DNA of 64,000 bases, from positions 100,194,001 through 100,258,000 of the forward strand of contig NC_086107.1 of assembly GCF_963921235.1 (NCBI RefSeq), given 5' to 3'. The notes under the pieces were generated by a model that ran no database searches, was not told the origin of the DNA, and saw only the letters and a program-made list of their open reading frames with translations. Positions 1 through 13,168 of this stretch are shown here, one piece after another; position 1 is the stretch's first letter, and every line of letters starts with the position of its first letter. The position numbers were made by a program, and so were the translations under genes. The DNA comes from Mobula hypostoma (taxonomy: Eukaryota).

Positions 1-49
1 AGAAGCAAAGAAAAACTTGGAGAAACAAATTTCTGCCCTCCAGACTCAG
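1..49 (+). CDS. myh9: Non-muscle myosin heavy chain IIA, partial exon (equivalent to human exon 30), runs off the window start
   Basis: Frame 2 reads EAKKNLEKQISALQTQ (human MYH9 EAKHNLEKQIATLHAQ), then the donor CAG|GTAAAA at 50. Confidence 0.9.
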
Positions 50-1070
50 GTAAAATTGTCTTTGTATGTTTCCTGTTGCTCTTTTACTATGTAAAGCTTC
101 TCAATGGCAGCCTTAATAGGTGAGCAGACATATGGACATACTTAAGGTTTACAGACTTTTACTCAAGGAAATGTGATTCAAATTTAGTGCAAGATTTTGG
201 GTCCTAATCTGTTCATTGCATTCTTGTACATCAAGCTACTTTTTAAATTTATTGAGAGCGATGGCTTTTCTATCCATTTTAGGCAAGTGCTTCACGTGCC
301 TGTCATCTTCAATGAAGACTATTTTCAACTTTTCAGATAATTGGTAGAATAAATCTATGCCCCATTGTTACTAACTTATCTGCAGGCAAGATGTAATACT
401 GTGCAAATACAATATTTGTTCCGTAGGGCTCAATTATATCTCTCCCTCAACCTCTAGTTGTAAAAAAAAAGGTAATCAAAAGCCCATCCAATTTTTCCCG
501 TAATTAACCTTTTCCAGCCTCTGCATGGTAATTTCAAATTCTTTCAGTATCCTCAAATGGTACTTCTGCCCCTTATTGACCAAACTATAAGTGGTAAACT
601 GGACCTGGGTTATTTTTATTTAGTTGGAACATGGTCATCAGATTCAGGAATTCACTGAAAGAATTTCTCAAGTGTGCAAGATCCATTCATCTTCAATTAC
701 CTCATTTATGGCACCTACCTTTTATAATGCAGGGATAATTTACTGAATACACACTATTCAATTCTGCTTGCAATTCCTCAACAGAAAATGCAGTTTGTGC
801 CAACAACCAGCAGGATCTGGACAATATTCAGGCATGAAAAATCAAAGCTGTAGATGCTAGAAATGTGAAATAAAACAGTTTGCTGGAAACACTCAGCAGG
901 TCGGGTAGCATCAGCTGAAAGCAAAACAAAAGACCATTAGTTAAAACTGGAAAAAACAGGTTAGTTTTAAATTTGCAGAGAGGATGGGAAGGGGATGGAA
1001 AGGACAAAGAGGATGTACTTGTGTGCAAGATAGAAGCCCCATTGTGATCTGCGGTAGATTGAGCTGTAAG

Positions 1071-1291
1071 GACCGCATGGTAGTGTAGTGGTTAGTGCAG
1101 ACCCAGGTGCAGTTCTATCACTTTCTGTAAGAAGTTTGTACATTCACTCCATGACCATGTGAGTTTCCTCTGGGTGCTCCAATTTCCTCCCATATTCCAA
1201 AGACATACTGTTAATGGGTCACATGGGTGTCATTGGGTGGTATGGGCTCGTTGGGTTGGAAGGCCTGATACCATCCTGTGTCTATAAATAA
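1071..1291 (+). mobile_element. tRNA-derived SINE (V-SINE-like core)
   Basis: tRNA-like head (ggtagtgtagtggttag), core gtttcctctgggtgctccaatttcctccc, (TAAA)n tail. Confidence 0.65.
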
Positions 1292-2344
1292 ATGAACAGT
1301 TGCACAATATGGAAGCAGGCTCCCGACCCAACTCATCCACGCTGACCAAGTAAAATTAGTGTTGACTTGGAAAGGCTGTCTGTTCTCCTGAGCCAAGGTA
1401 GAGGAAACGAGATGCAGTCAAGGACTGTTAAACTTTGGTTAGAGAGGAATCTACAGTTTAGAACAGTGGGCATTTCAAATACACCTATATAGACCAATAT
1501 AGCAAAAACAAAGTAACTGAAACAATGGAGTTGAGTCCCTCCAGGAGATAGAATGAGTTGAAGTATAGGTGAGATGGCTGAGAGAGTCCCTGGGCTTGTA
1601 ATGGATTTTGACTGCTGATCTATTGCCACATGAAAATCTACAGCCATAGCAATGCAGTTCTGAATTTCTGCATGTGCATGAAGTAGCACCCAAACAATTG
1701 TCTTTGTACTAAAAAGGGTTAAGGAGGCCTGAATAGGTCTGAAACTAGGACTTGATCACTTATCCCACAGATATGCTTGATGGTAGAGGTTTCAAGGGTC
1801 TCCACATCAGCATCCTGGGGTCAGTTTGGACAAAAAACAGCTGGACTAGCCACAGATACTATGGCTGCAAGGTCACTTCCAAAACTTGGTATCATACAGC
1901 AACTGATTAACTTTCATGCATCTTAAACTTTTCACTGTCTGGAAGGCACATAACAGGATTGTGAAGGATTACTACCCATTTGTCTGGCGTACAGTTGCAA
2001 CAGCATGGAGAAATCTGACACTATTCGAATGCTTAGGAATGTAAAAAGCTGCAGGGAGTAATGGATTCAGCACAATACATTACATGTACATCCCTGCCCA
2101 CCATCAGTAGTATCTACAGGAGGTGCTACCTTGAGACACATCCATCATCAAAGATCACCACCATCTGGGCCATGCCAGCTTCTCGCAGCTTCCATTGGGC
2201 AGGAGACAAAGAAGCCTGAAGTCCCACGCCACAAGGTTCAAAAACAGCTACTTCCTTTCAACCATTTGGTTTTTGAAACAACTGGCACAACCCTAATTAC
2301 TACAGTTTGTGTTTAATTTGCTTTTCTTGTGAATGCTGCCTATA

Positions 2345-4529
2345 CAGTGCCTTGTCAAAGTATTCTGCCCACAATCCTTTGTTCAAAAATGAATATTACA
2401 ACCAGGGATGTTTATCGATTTTAACTGATTTTTTATTTATGAATCATATGCCCACTTTTTTCACAGTAGACTCCCAAAAAATAGGGAAAATTTTGAAGCA
2501 TGAAAAACTAAAAATTCAAAACCTGAAATGTCAGCCATTCAAAGGTATTCACCCCACCTTTGCTCAGTACTTAGTTGAGTCACCTCTCACAGCTATTGCG
2601 GCCAGTAGTCTTTGTGGATAAAACTCCATTAGCTTTGCCCAATGTGATGGAGCAAAATTGATCAAGCTGAGTCAGGTTAGTTGGGGATTGACAGGAGACA
2701 GCAATCTTGAGGTCTTGTCAGAGATGTTCAGTCAGGTTAAAGTCAGGACTCTGAATCACTCAAGGACATCAGATTTCTTCATTTCAAGCCAATTCATATT
2801 GCTCTGGCAGTGCGTTTTGGGTTGTTGTCCTACTGAAAGATGAACTTCCTCCCCGGTTTTAAGATTTCTGGCTAAGATCCTGGTTTTTATCCAGGATCTT
2901 CCTGTATTTAGCAGCATTCATCTTCCCATCAACCCTGACCAGATTTCCAGTCCCTGCTGCTGAAAAGCATCCAGATAGCATGATGCTACCTCCATCATAC
3001 TTTATGTAGCAATGATGTTACTTGGCTGGTGAGCGGTATTAGATTTATGCTACATGTACAGCTTAGCGTTGAGACCAAAAAGTTCAATTTTAGTCTCATC
3101 TGACCCCAAGACCTTTCTCCACGTCTTTACAGTATCTTCTAAGTGACGCTTTGCAAGTCTTTGCAGACATGGATAGGCTTTTTTTTTTAAAGCCAGGGCT
3201 TCTTCCTTGCCACTCTTCCACAAATACCGTTTTTTGTGCAAGGCCTTAGTTTGTGGAGCCATGAACTTCATCTCCAGTTGCAGCCACTGACTTCTGCAGC
3301 TCACTCAAAGTGACCGTTGGCATCACAGTAATCAATTTTACAAATGCAATTATTCTCCGGCAACTAATTTACAGAGGCGGCCTGATCTAGGCAGTGTGGA
3401 GGTAGTTTAATATTTTTTCCACTTTTTCATGATGGACTGCACTGAACTCAAGAGATAAGTTCAGTGCCTTTGAGATAGTCTTGTACCCTTCCCCAGATCT
3501 GTGCTGCTTTATTATCATTTCCCTGATATGCCTTGAATGCTCATTTGTCTTCATTTTGATTTGGTCTATTGAAAATCTACCGTACTGTTGGACCTTCCAG
3601 AGAGAAGGGGGTATTTATTATGAGTTCATTGGAAACAGGTCGAGTTGGATGAGTTGGATGGATTGGATGAGTTGGATGGATTGGATGAGTTGGATGGATT
3701 GGATGAGTTGGATGGATTGGATGAGTTGGATGGATTGGATGAGTTGGATGGATTGGATGAGTTGGATGGATTGGATGAGTTGGATGGATTGGATGAGTTG
3801 GATGGATTGGATGAGTTGGATGGATTGGATGAGTTGGATGGATTGGATGAGTTGGATGGATTGGATGAGTTGGATGGATTGGATGAGTTGGATGGATTGG
3901 ATGAGTTGGATGGATTGGATGAGTTGGATGGATTGGATGAGTTGGATGGATTGGATGAGTTGGATGGATTGGATGAGTTGGACGGATTGGATGAGTTGGA
4001 CGGATTGGATGAGTTGGACGGATTGGATGAGTTGGACGGATTGGATGAGTTGGACGGATTGGATGAGTTGGACGGATTGGATGAGTTGGACGGATTGGAT
4101 GAGTTGGACGGATTGGATGAGTTGGACGGATTGGATGAGTTGGACGGATTGGATGAGTTGGACGGATTGGATGAGTTGGACGGATTGGATGAGTCGGACG
4201 AATCGGATGAATTGGTAGAAAAGTTACGAAGGGGATGAATTGGATGAATCGGATGAATTGGTAGAAAAGTTACGAAGGGGATGAATTGGATGAGTTGGAC
4301 GAATCGGATGAATTGGTGGTAGAAAAGTTACGAAGGGGATGAATACTTTTCAGCCTCACAATTTAGGTTTTTAATTTTTAATAAATCGTTGACAGGTTTT
4401 GGAATTCTCCTTTTGATTTGACATGACGCACAATGTTTTATAGATTAGCTCAAAAATCCTATTTCAATATATTTTAAATTTAGAAGACTTAAAAGTAGTT
4501 TTGGGGCCGAATACTTTTTCAAGCCACTG
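2345..4529 (-). mobile_element. Degraded Tc1/mariner DNA transposon (IR/DR type)
   Basis: TA|cagtgccttgtcaaagtattctgccc ... ggccgaatactttttcaagccactg|TA terminal inverted repeats; inner repeats near 2541 and 4332; minus-strand remnant KTWRKVLGSDETKIELFG (Tc1 WSDETK motif). Confidence 0.9.
3643..4345. repeat. 18-bp minisatellite (GAGTTGGAYGGATTGGAT, ~30 units) plus three longer terminal units, inside the Tc1 element
   Basis: Read directly: about 18 T-variant units, then about 12 C-variant units from ~3975, then three copies of gaattggtagaaaagttacgaaggggat. Confidence 0.98.
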
Positions 4530-4784
4530 TATGTGTATCTGTTATGCTGCTGCAGTTTTTTTCCCACTCTTTTGGCACATTATCTCCCACTTGATGATCC
4601 GTTTCCTCCATCAGTGCTTCATCGTGACCACAGACTGCAGTGTGCCAATTGCACTATAGCTGCTTGCCTCTGCTACTCTGACAACACCAAACCTGCATCT
4701 TCTGAATCAAAATTAGATTTAATACCACTGGAATAATATTGTGAAATGTTGTTTTGCAGCAGCAGAACATTGACAGTAATATGC

Positions 4785-5082
4785 ATCCGTTAGTCTCATG
4801 AGACCATGGATTTGCGCCTTGGAAGGTTTCCAGGGTGCAGGCCTGGGCAAGGTTGTATGGAAGACAGGCAGTTGCCCATGCTGCAAGTCTCCCCTCTCCA
4901 CACCACTGATGTTGTCCAAGGGAAGGGCACTAGGGCCGATACAGCTTGGCACCGGTGTCATCGCAGAGCAATGTGTGGTTAAGTGCCTTGCTCAAGGACA
5001 CACACACGTTCCCTCAGCTGAGGCTCAAACTAGCGACCTTCAGATCACTAGACCGATGCCTTAACACTTAGCCACGCGCCAA
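4785..5082 (-). mobile_element. SINE with an RTE-related 3' part
   Basis: Its reverse complement shares ggtgccaagctgtatcggc...gcccttcccttggac...gcagcatgg with the + strand repeat at ~38600-38700; tRNA-like head at the right end. Confidence 0.55.
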
Positions 5083-6139
5083 CATGCAGAACATAATAAA
5101 AAATATATACAAATTACAATGAGAAATACATTAAAATTTTTAAAATTCAATATGTAGTGCAACAAGGAAACAAAAAAGAAAAAAAAAGTGAGATTGTGTA
5201 CATTGGTTCATTGTCCATTCAGAAATCTGTCGGTGGAGAAGAAGCTATTCCTAAAACGTTGAGTGTGTGCCTTCAGGTTCCTGTACCACCTCCTTAATGG
5301 TAGCAATGAGAAGAGGGCATGTTCTGGGTGATGGAGGTCCTTAATGATGGATACCACCTTTCTGAGGCATCATCTTTTGAAGATGCTGGGAGACTATTGC
5401 CCGTGATGGAGCTGGCTGAGCTTGGAAGTTTCTGCAGCTTTTTCTGATCCTGTGCAGTGGCCCCTCCAGATGCAACCAGTTAGAATGCCACAAGAAAGCA
5501 GCATCCACCATCAAGGATCCCTGCTGTCCAGGCTGTGCTCTCTTCTCGCTGCTGCCATCTGGAAGGAGGTACATGAGCCTTGGGTCCCACACCACCCTGG
5601 TTCAGAGACAGTGATTACCATATGTTCCTGAGATAAATTCACTCATCTCAACACTGAATTGATTTCACAACTATGAACTCACTTTCAAGGACTACACACC
5701 TTGTCCTCAGTACGTTTTATTTAATTATTTATTTTTGTATTTGCCAGTTTGTCTTTTGCACGTTAGATATTTGTCAATCTTAGCATAGTTTTTCATTATT
5801 TCTATTGTATTTTCTCCTACTGTGAATTTTAAAAGTTCCATGGATACAGGGAGGTCAAAAATCACCACTAACAAAGTTAACAAAATCTCTGCACTCTCAG
5901 TTTTGCATTTGCTTACAAGTTACGGTTTTTGGTAGTAAGAACTATATCTAGGTCTGCATTAGGATTGGCTCCCTTTCACATACACAGCTTTTGTCACCTA
6001 ATTTGGCTATGTATGTCACCCAGTGTATTTTAAATTGCCACACTACACCATTGCTGTCAAATGCTACAATTACCTGTTTATGCATAAATAAGTGGGTTGA
6101 ATGTGACTTTTCATTGTCTTTTGTATAATACAATTCTAG

Positions 6140-6388
6140 TTGACTGACTCAAAGAAGCGCCAGGATGATGGCTTGGTATCGTTGGAATATGCAGAGGAAG
6201 CTAAGAAGAAGCTACAGAAAGACATTGAGCTCTTAACTCAGCACTTTGAAGAGAAAGCATCAGCCTATGATAAATTGGAAAAGACTAAGAACCGTCTGCA
6301 GCAGGAGTTGGATGATATAGTTGTGGGCCTGGACCACCAACGGCAGATTGTTTCCAATCTTGAAAAGAAACAGAAGAAATTTGATCAG
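6140..6388 (+). CDS. myh9: myh9 coiled-coil rod exon (~exon 31), 249 nt
   Basis: ctag|TTG acceptor; LTDSKKRQ...[18 protein letters not shown]...[10 protein letters not shown]; donor CAG|GTGAGT. Confidence 0.97.
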
Positions 6389-6762
6389 GTGAGTGAGAGA
6401 TCCGAAGCACATGAATTGATTTTAAACCATTCAGAGCTTGCTACTTATTCTAAAACATTAAATGGTTAAGGAGAAAATGGAGGATTCAAAAATAATTAGT
6501 TCAAATTTTAAGAGCAAAACCAGTAAATTAAATTACTAGAAAATAAAAATTTATTGCATCATAGAGGCTTAATGGGTTGGGTGGGTGGGTTGAGAATTGG
6601 TGAGTTACATTTAACATGTTTTGTTTGCCACACCTTGAAATTTGTTCACATTTGGGTTAACCCAAAAATACTCGGGTACTACATGAGCACTGCAATTATC
6701 CTTTAACAGAGCTTTAGTGAAATCACTGTTAAATAGGTCATTTTTTTTTTACACTGTTTTAG

Positions 6763-6975
6763 TTGCTGGCTGAGGAAAAGAACGTTTCCTTAAAGAACGC
6801 GGAGGAGCGGGATCGTGCACAGGCTGAAGCACGCGAGAAGGAGACTAAGGCCCTGTCACTGACCCGTGCCCTAGAGGAGGCAATGGAACATAAGGAAGAG
6901 ATGGAGAAAATGAATAAGCTGCTGCGTGCAGAGATGGAAGACCTTGTCAGCTCCAAGGATGATGCAGGAAAGAAT
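6763..6975 (+). CDS. myh9: myh9 rod exon (~exon 32), 213 nt
   Basis: tttag| acceptor; LLAEEK...[12 protein letters not shown]...SSKDDAGKN; donor AAT|GTAAGT. Confidence 0.97.
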
Positions 6976-7494
6976 GTAAGTAGTGGGCCCATGTAGTAAA
7001 TTGCAACTGTCCTTTACTTTTCCTCATTCTTTGGTGGATGTGGCTCAGCTGACCTCCAATACCTTATGTCAGGCAGTTTATTAAAGACTTCACAAGCAAG
7101 TCTGATCATCCTGCATTATGTATTTATGCACGATTTCTGTCAGCAATTGCTTGACAAGGATGAAGGTCAGCATTCCTGCAGCCTATTGCTGCTACCAGGA
7201 TCCATTTGTTTAGTGCAAATCTAAAATTTATTCTGCTTTTAGTTACCAACCTACTCAAAGTTCTTTATCAACAATTTGAATATATATCAATTAATGCTCT
7301 GTATAAAACTACTGGATAATTTACTCTTTTTTTGGGGTGGGGGCAGTATGTTTTTCTCCATGCTTTGCTGGAATACTGATCCATAAATTCAGTGGTTAGT
7401 TCTCTGTAGTGGAGACAATTTTAGTGATAATTGGCCATAGTGGTGTGTTCAAAGGATGTGAGTATTGCTGACAGGCACTGTGGTTTGTTTGCAG

Positions 7495-7707
7495 GTACAT
7501 GAGTTGGAAAAGTCAAAACGTGCTCTGGAGCAGCAGGTGGAAGAGATGAAGACTCAGTTGGAAGAGCTGGAGGATGAGCTCCAGGCCACTGAAGACGCTA
7601 AGTTACGTCTGGAAGTAAATCTGCAAGCCGCGAAGGCTCAGTTTGATAGGGACCTGTTGGGCAAGGATGAACAAAGTGAAGAAAAGAGGAGACAACTGAT
7701 TAAGCAG
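7495..7707 (+). CDS. myh9: myh9 rod exon (~exon 33), 213 nt, ends at a GC donor
   Basis: ttgcag| acceptor; [44 protein letters not shown]...QLIKQ; donor CAG|GCAAGT is required to stay in frame with the next exon. Confidence 0.95.
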
Positions 7708-8167
7708 GCAAGTATGATTTTACCGATATATTGGACTGAACATCATGAATCCTAATTATCGGTAAAGGATTAACATGTTAACTGGTTTGCTTTGCTGGGA
7801 GGAATGGACAAAGCAACACCAAGTTTACAAAATTATGAACATTTATAAAACTGCCCCAGGCTATCCTGTAATGAATAGTTCAAACCTAGAACTCCCATCA
7901 TATACCATGATGGTTGATGAAAGGTTAGCCAACACTTGTGTTTGAGTAAGCAGTGAGGGAAGGCAAATGAAACAGCCGCACAATTAGATCTTCTGCATTG
8001 AAAGTGATTGTGCTAACTAGTTCTTAAGTATCATGTTTTTTGGGCCAACTCTGGTTATTTTGAGAAACTTTCTGTCAGTTTAAAGAAAGCCATTTAGGTT
8101 TGATTGCAACACACCTTTTAATGCTGTTTTAATAATAATATTTTTAATTGCTGTTCCCATGTTCCAG

Positions 8168-8329
8168 GTTCGTGAAATGGAGGCAGAACTGGAAGATGAG
8201 CGAAAGCAACGGTCCTCGGCTGTTACTGCCAAGAAAAAGTTGGAGATGGATTTCAAGGATTTGGAGGGACAAATTGAAGCTTCAAACAAGAGCCGTGATG
8301 AAGCCATAAAGCAACTTCGCAAACTGCAG
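8168..8329 (+). CDS. myh9: myh9 rod exon (~exon 34), 162 nt
   Basis: ttccag|; [16 protein letters not shown]...[20 protein letters not shown]. Confidence 0.97.
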
Positions 8330-8534
8330 GTGAGCAATAACAAGAATTACGGGCTAAAGTACTCAGGCAAGTCCCTGAGGCCCGATTACTGATGTTTATG
8401 GAGCATTTGAAGGAAATTCAAACTTTATTCCATTTCCTACAGCTGGAACCTTGTGCTTTGCTAGATGTAAAAATCAAGTGCTGATTCAAATTTGATATAA
8501 TGTAGCAATGTCTGACAGCTACCATTTAGATGTA

Positions 8535-9241
8535 CAGTCTCTTATTTGGGACAACTCTTAAAGAGCAAAAACTAATCGATAAAAGTAGCCAGGATTCTCT
8601 TTATTTGGGAAACTACACCCCTTAATTGGGACAGGAGACTGTTGCTGAAGTTTCTGTCTAGCGTCAGTCGTGTGCACTTGTGTGGCCATTGGAGACTACA
8701 CCATGCTTAGATCAAACAGATTTTAAAAAGCATTAGTTGCACGTGTTTATTTTCAAAAAGCAGTGATTTTTTTCACTGATAATTGGTGAGAAATATGCAA
8801 AAGACAATTTGGAGTTGTTCTGCTCACTATAGTTTCAAGCATTCAGGCTTAGAGATGCCAGAATCAGCTGGGAGTGAAATTAAGTGATTGCACTGCTTCA
8901 AGTTAGGAACTATGAAAAATTTGAAGGTATTGACAATCATCTTGAATATTACAATGAAAATGAAGATTGTATGATGTAATCATTGAAAGTAGTCCATTAT
9001 CTGGATGAGTTCCTCTGTCAATAACTGTTAGGAGCTACAGTTTTATAGTACTGTAGTACAGGGCTGTAGTATTGGTGATCTAATTTGTTCTGTATTTCCA
9101 TTTAAATGTGTAATTTGTTACTCAGTTCAATGGTAGTTTGTCTTTTTTTTAAAGTTTTAATATTTCCATGAAATTTAGCTAATTGGGGCAACCACATAAT
9201 TGGGCCAAAATCTACTATCCCAATTAACCAGAATCCCACTA
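8535..9241. mobile_element. Probable non-autonomous pogo-like DNA element
   Basis: TA-flanked; attgggac / tcccaattaaccagaatcccact terminal-type motifs; boundaries approximate. Confidence 0.35.
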
Positions 9242-10183
9242 TATTTAGAATGCAGCATAGGTTTGAATTAATATTTCACTGATAATTTGTACACAACAGA
9301 ATTCAATTAGAGACTGATTCAGTCAATGGTTTGGATCAGATAGTGATATTTGAATCAGCTTCAGTTTTAAAAACTATTTTAGTTAAGAATGCTCAAGCTA
9401 AAAATTATTGTATCCTAATTTAGCACTGATATTTGAAGACTTAGGCATAACCTGCAGAGATTGTATTTTGTGTCATTTATCAAATTCTTCAATCAAACAA
9501 AATCCAGCTGCTTTCTGTTTGATGGGAAGGAATCAGTGCCTCAGTTATGCCTGTTAATTAACTTGCTAATTAAAATGTAGGGTCTATAATTAGAGAGAAT
9601 GAGACTTGGGAAGTTCTTGCCTGAAACTCTTTAATTGGCAAATTATCATTGCTCTTGGACAACATGCCATCTATTAGTATTAGTAAGCTCCAAAGGTGAC
9701 AATAATAACTTTGCTTAAGGTACATATTTAACCTCTCATTTCCTACTAAATATTGGTACAGAAAGAGCACATTCCTGTTGTGCCAGCTGAAAAACGTAAC
9801 CACTCCTAAATGGTAATACTGTTCCATTTATTTTTGCTTTAAGAAACCCCTGCTGCAGCAAAAGTTACATTGCTCTCGTCAGCCCCTCATTTATTGATGG
9901 GGTATCGTTTAGGTATCTTACATTAATTTTTACACAGTCCCTGTACTGGCACCCATATGATTGGTGCTAGAATCTCTCATGCTACTCAACATTATGCACA
10001 CTAGGAACCAAGATGTTGCTTAGCCACCAGCTAAATTCAAAAGAACATTGAGCTCCATGCACATTAAGATTAAATGCAGTGCTTAGACACTCAGTCTAAT
10101 CTGTCAGATCCAGTGTTGTATTATACATATCCCACACACTTGAACATTGGAACATTTATTTGTATTGCCTTTGCCACATACAG

Positions 10184-10312
10184 GCTCAGCTGAAAGACTA
10201 CCTTCGTGAACTGGATGATGCTCGCAGCTCTCGAGAGGACATTCTGACCCAGTCTAAAGAAACTGAGAAGAAACTGAAGCAACTGGAGGCAGAAATGATT
10301 CAGTTGCAGGAG
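10184..10312 (+). CDS. myh9: myh9 rod exon (~exon 35), 129 nt
   Basis: atacag|; [52 protein letters not shown]. Confidence 0.96.
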
Positions 10313-10502
10313 GTATGACAAAAAATAAGTCTTGAAATTAATACAGAAGGTATTTTATGAAATACTATGGGCAGATATTGAATCCAATAGTTTGGTTCTT
10401 AAGCAATTGTTCCTTACTAATGTTGATTGAAACGTGAAAGCCACAGTATTCCTCTTTACTACCTGGATTGGGCCTGTTGTGAATTCTAATAAATAATTCA
10501 AA

Positions 10503-11095
10503 ACAACACACACAAAATGCTGGAGAAACTCAGCAGGCCAGACGCCATGGAAAAGAGTAAATAGTTTACATTTTGGGCCAAGACCCTTCTTCAGGACTGG
10601 AAAGGAAGGGGAAAGGTCAGAGTAAGAAGGTGGGGGGAGGGGAGGAAGAAGTACAAGATGGCAGGTGGTAAGTGAAGTCAGCATGAGGGAAGGGCTGAAA
10701 TAAAGAGCTGGGAAGTTGACTGGTGAAAGAGATAAAGGACTGGAGGAGGGGGCATCTGATGGGAGAGGGTAGAAGACCATGGAAGAAAGGGAAGAGGGAG
10801 GAGCACCAGAGGGAGGTAATGGGTAGGTAAGGAGATATGGTGAGAGGGGGAAACAGGAACGGGGAATAGTGAAGGGTGGTAATTACTGGAAGTTTGAGAA
10901 ATTGATATTCATGCCATTAGGTTAGAGGCTACCCAGGCAGAATATACTGTAAGGTGTTGCTCTTCCGACCTGAATGTGGCCTCATTGTGGCAATAGAGGA
11001 GGCCCTGGACTGACATATTGGAATGGGAAGTAGAATTGAAATGGGTGGCTACGGGGAGATCCTGCTTTTTCTGGCGGGCAGAGCCTAGGTGCTCA
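10503..11095 (-). mobile_element. Penelope-like element 3' portion (C-terminal coding remnant, CT-rich UTR, degenerate hammerhead motif)
   Basis: Reverse complement reads ...EEQHL..FCLGSL*PNGMNINFSNF; terminus shared with the many caacacacacaaaatgctgg copies. Confidence 0.7.
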
Positions 11096-11994
11096 GCTAT
11101 TTTCCATCAAATAAACCTGTAAACTTCACTTACTGTCCTTCCCACCCTGTGCAAAAACTGTCTACTTGACATTTAGTGCAAAAATGCATTGAATTCATTT
11201 GTATATGTACCATGAACTTACTGTGAGGACAGTATTTTGTTTATACATGAAATGCCAACATTTGCTTAGCAGCTAGATAGATTTATATCCAAACGCCTAC
11301 ACAATAATAATCTGCTTAATAGTGAATGATCTAAACAAAGTTTAATCTGTAATTTTGAAAATGTAGATATTTTCACTGTCATTGGGTTAAATGATATGAA
11401 AATGTATTTTCTAATTATAAGTAGCAGGAATTTATGTAGCAAAAAGCCCCATGCGTTTTCACAAGGGTATTGTGGATTTTAAGTGGATTTAATACAGCAA
11501 TTAGAAATGCTTGGTCAAACATTATTGTAAGAATGTTGGATTTAGGAAATATTCATGAGCTATAGGTCTTCATCAGCTTAACATATTGCTACCAGTGACA
11601 AGATTAAATTTAGATATGCAAAGGAAGCTAGATTTGGGAGAGGGCCAGTATGAGAGGGTTTAAATCTGATGTATGTGGCACTGATAGATGGACAAGGCAG
11701 CGAGGAATCTGAAAATGGTGAGGATTTTAAATTACAGTAATTAGGGCTTAAGCTTAGGTAGTAAGTATGGGGCGATGGGTTGAGTCATCTGTGGTGTTAG
11801 GGCTAGGCTTTGGATAACCAAGGCAGGCCAGGTGTGCTTTGGATCTAGAGGTGGTGAAAGTATGGGTGATGGTTGTGAAATTTGATAAGTTGAGCCTGGT
11901 CAAGTCAGACATAATAGATTAAAATTGGTGATGTAAGTGATAATGCAGGTATACTGTCCAAAGACGCAAAATCAACTATGTCACCAAAGCAATA

Positions 11995-12258
11995 TTTATT
12001 TTATTTACTAAGATACAGTGCAGAATTGATCCTTCCAGCCCTTCAAACCGTGCCACCCAGCAATCCCCAATCTAACCCGAGCTTAATCATGGGACAGTTT
12101 ACAATAACCAATTAACCTATCAACTGCTACGTCTTTCCACTGTGGGAAGAAACCCAGGTGGTCACAGGGAGAACGTACAAACTCCTTACACCAGAGGGAA
12201 CTGAACCCGGGTCGCCTGTACTGTAAAGTGTTGTGCTCACCACTACACTACCATGCTG
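11995..12258 (-). mobile_element. tRNA-derived V-SINE-like element
   Basis: Reverse complement of the 1071 family (gggagaacgtacaaactccttaca; cactacactaccatgc head). Confidence 0.65.
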
Positions 12259-12398
12259 CAGTCCCATTTTCTGTTTATTTTTTAAATTTCACTTGATATT
12301 TAAATTTTATTTAAGTTAAATCTGGGTTACTGGTACTGTATAGTATTGTGCTGGCTACTATGCCACCCCTGTATCTGAGATGTTGTGAAGGTCTTTTT

Positions 12399-13168
12399 TC
12401 ATAGTCATATTATTGATCCCGTGGGAAATTGGTTTTCGTTACAGTTGCACCATAAATAATAAAAGAACCATAACTAGTTAAATAGTAATATGTAAGTTAT
12501 GCCAGTAAATTATGAAATAAGTCCAGGACCAGCCTATTGGCTCAGGGTGTCTGACCCTCCAGGAGAGGAATTGTAAAGTTTGATGGCCACAGGCAGGAAT
12601 GACTTCCTATGATGCTCTGTGCTGCATCTCGGTGGAATGAGTCTCTGGCTGAATGTACTCTTGTGCCCACCCAGTACATTATGTAGTGGATGGGAGACAT
12701 TGACCAAGATGGCATGCAACTTAGACAGCATCCTCTTTTCAGACACCACCGTCAGAGAGTCCAGTTCCATTCCCACAACATCACTGGCCTTACGAATGAG
12801 TTTGTTGTTTCAGTTGGTGTCTGCTACCTTCAGCCTGCTGCCCCAGTACACAACAGCAAACATGATCACACTGGCCACCACAGACTCGTAGAACATCCTC
12901 AGCATCGTTCGGCAGATGTTAAAGGACCAGGAAATAGAGACAGCTCTGACCCTTCTTGTAGATAGCATCAGTGTTCTTTGACCAGTCCAGTTTATTGTCA
13001 ATTCGTATCCCCAGGTATTTGTAATCCTCCACCATGTCCACACTGACCCCCTGGATGGAAATAGGGGTCACCGGTACCTTAGCTGTCCTCAGGTCTACCA
13101 CTAGTTCCTTAGTCTTTTTCACATTAAGCTGCAGATAATTCTGCTCACACCATGTGACAGTTTCCTAC
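12399..13168 (-). mobile_element. Rex1/Babar-like non-LTR retrotransposon, 5'-truncated
   Basis: ORF fragments KTKELVVDLR...YKYLGIRIDNKLDW and ...SHPLH...RKSFLPVAIKLYN; (TATGAC)n tail; near-identical to the copies at 37468 and 42906. Confidence 0.85.

Noticed and set aside
1071..1140. tRNA gene
   Set aside because: It is the degenerate tRNA-derived head of a SINE, without a complete cloverleaf
3481..4238. Long ORFs (WMSWMD)n and (DELDGL)n
   Set aside because: They are by-products of a stop-free 18-bp minisatellite inside an intronic transposon, with no splice or protein-family support
3643..4345. CRISPR-like array
   Set aside because: Head-to-tail repeats with no unique spacers, in a eukaryotic intron
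7712..7713. Canonical GT donor for the 7495 exon
   Set aside because: It adds 4 nt and shifts the frame of the downstream conserved rod sequence
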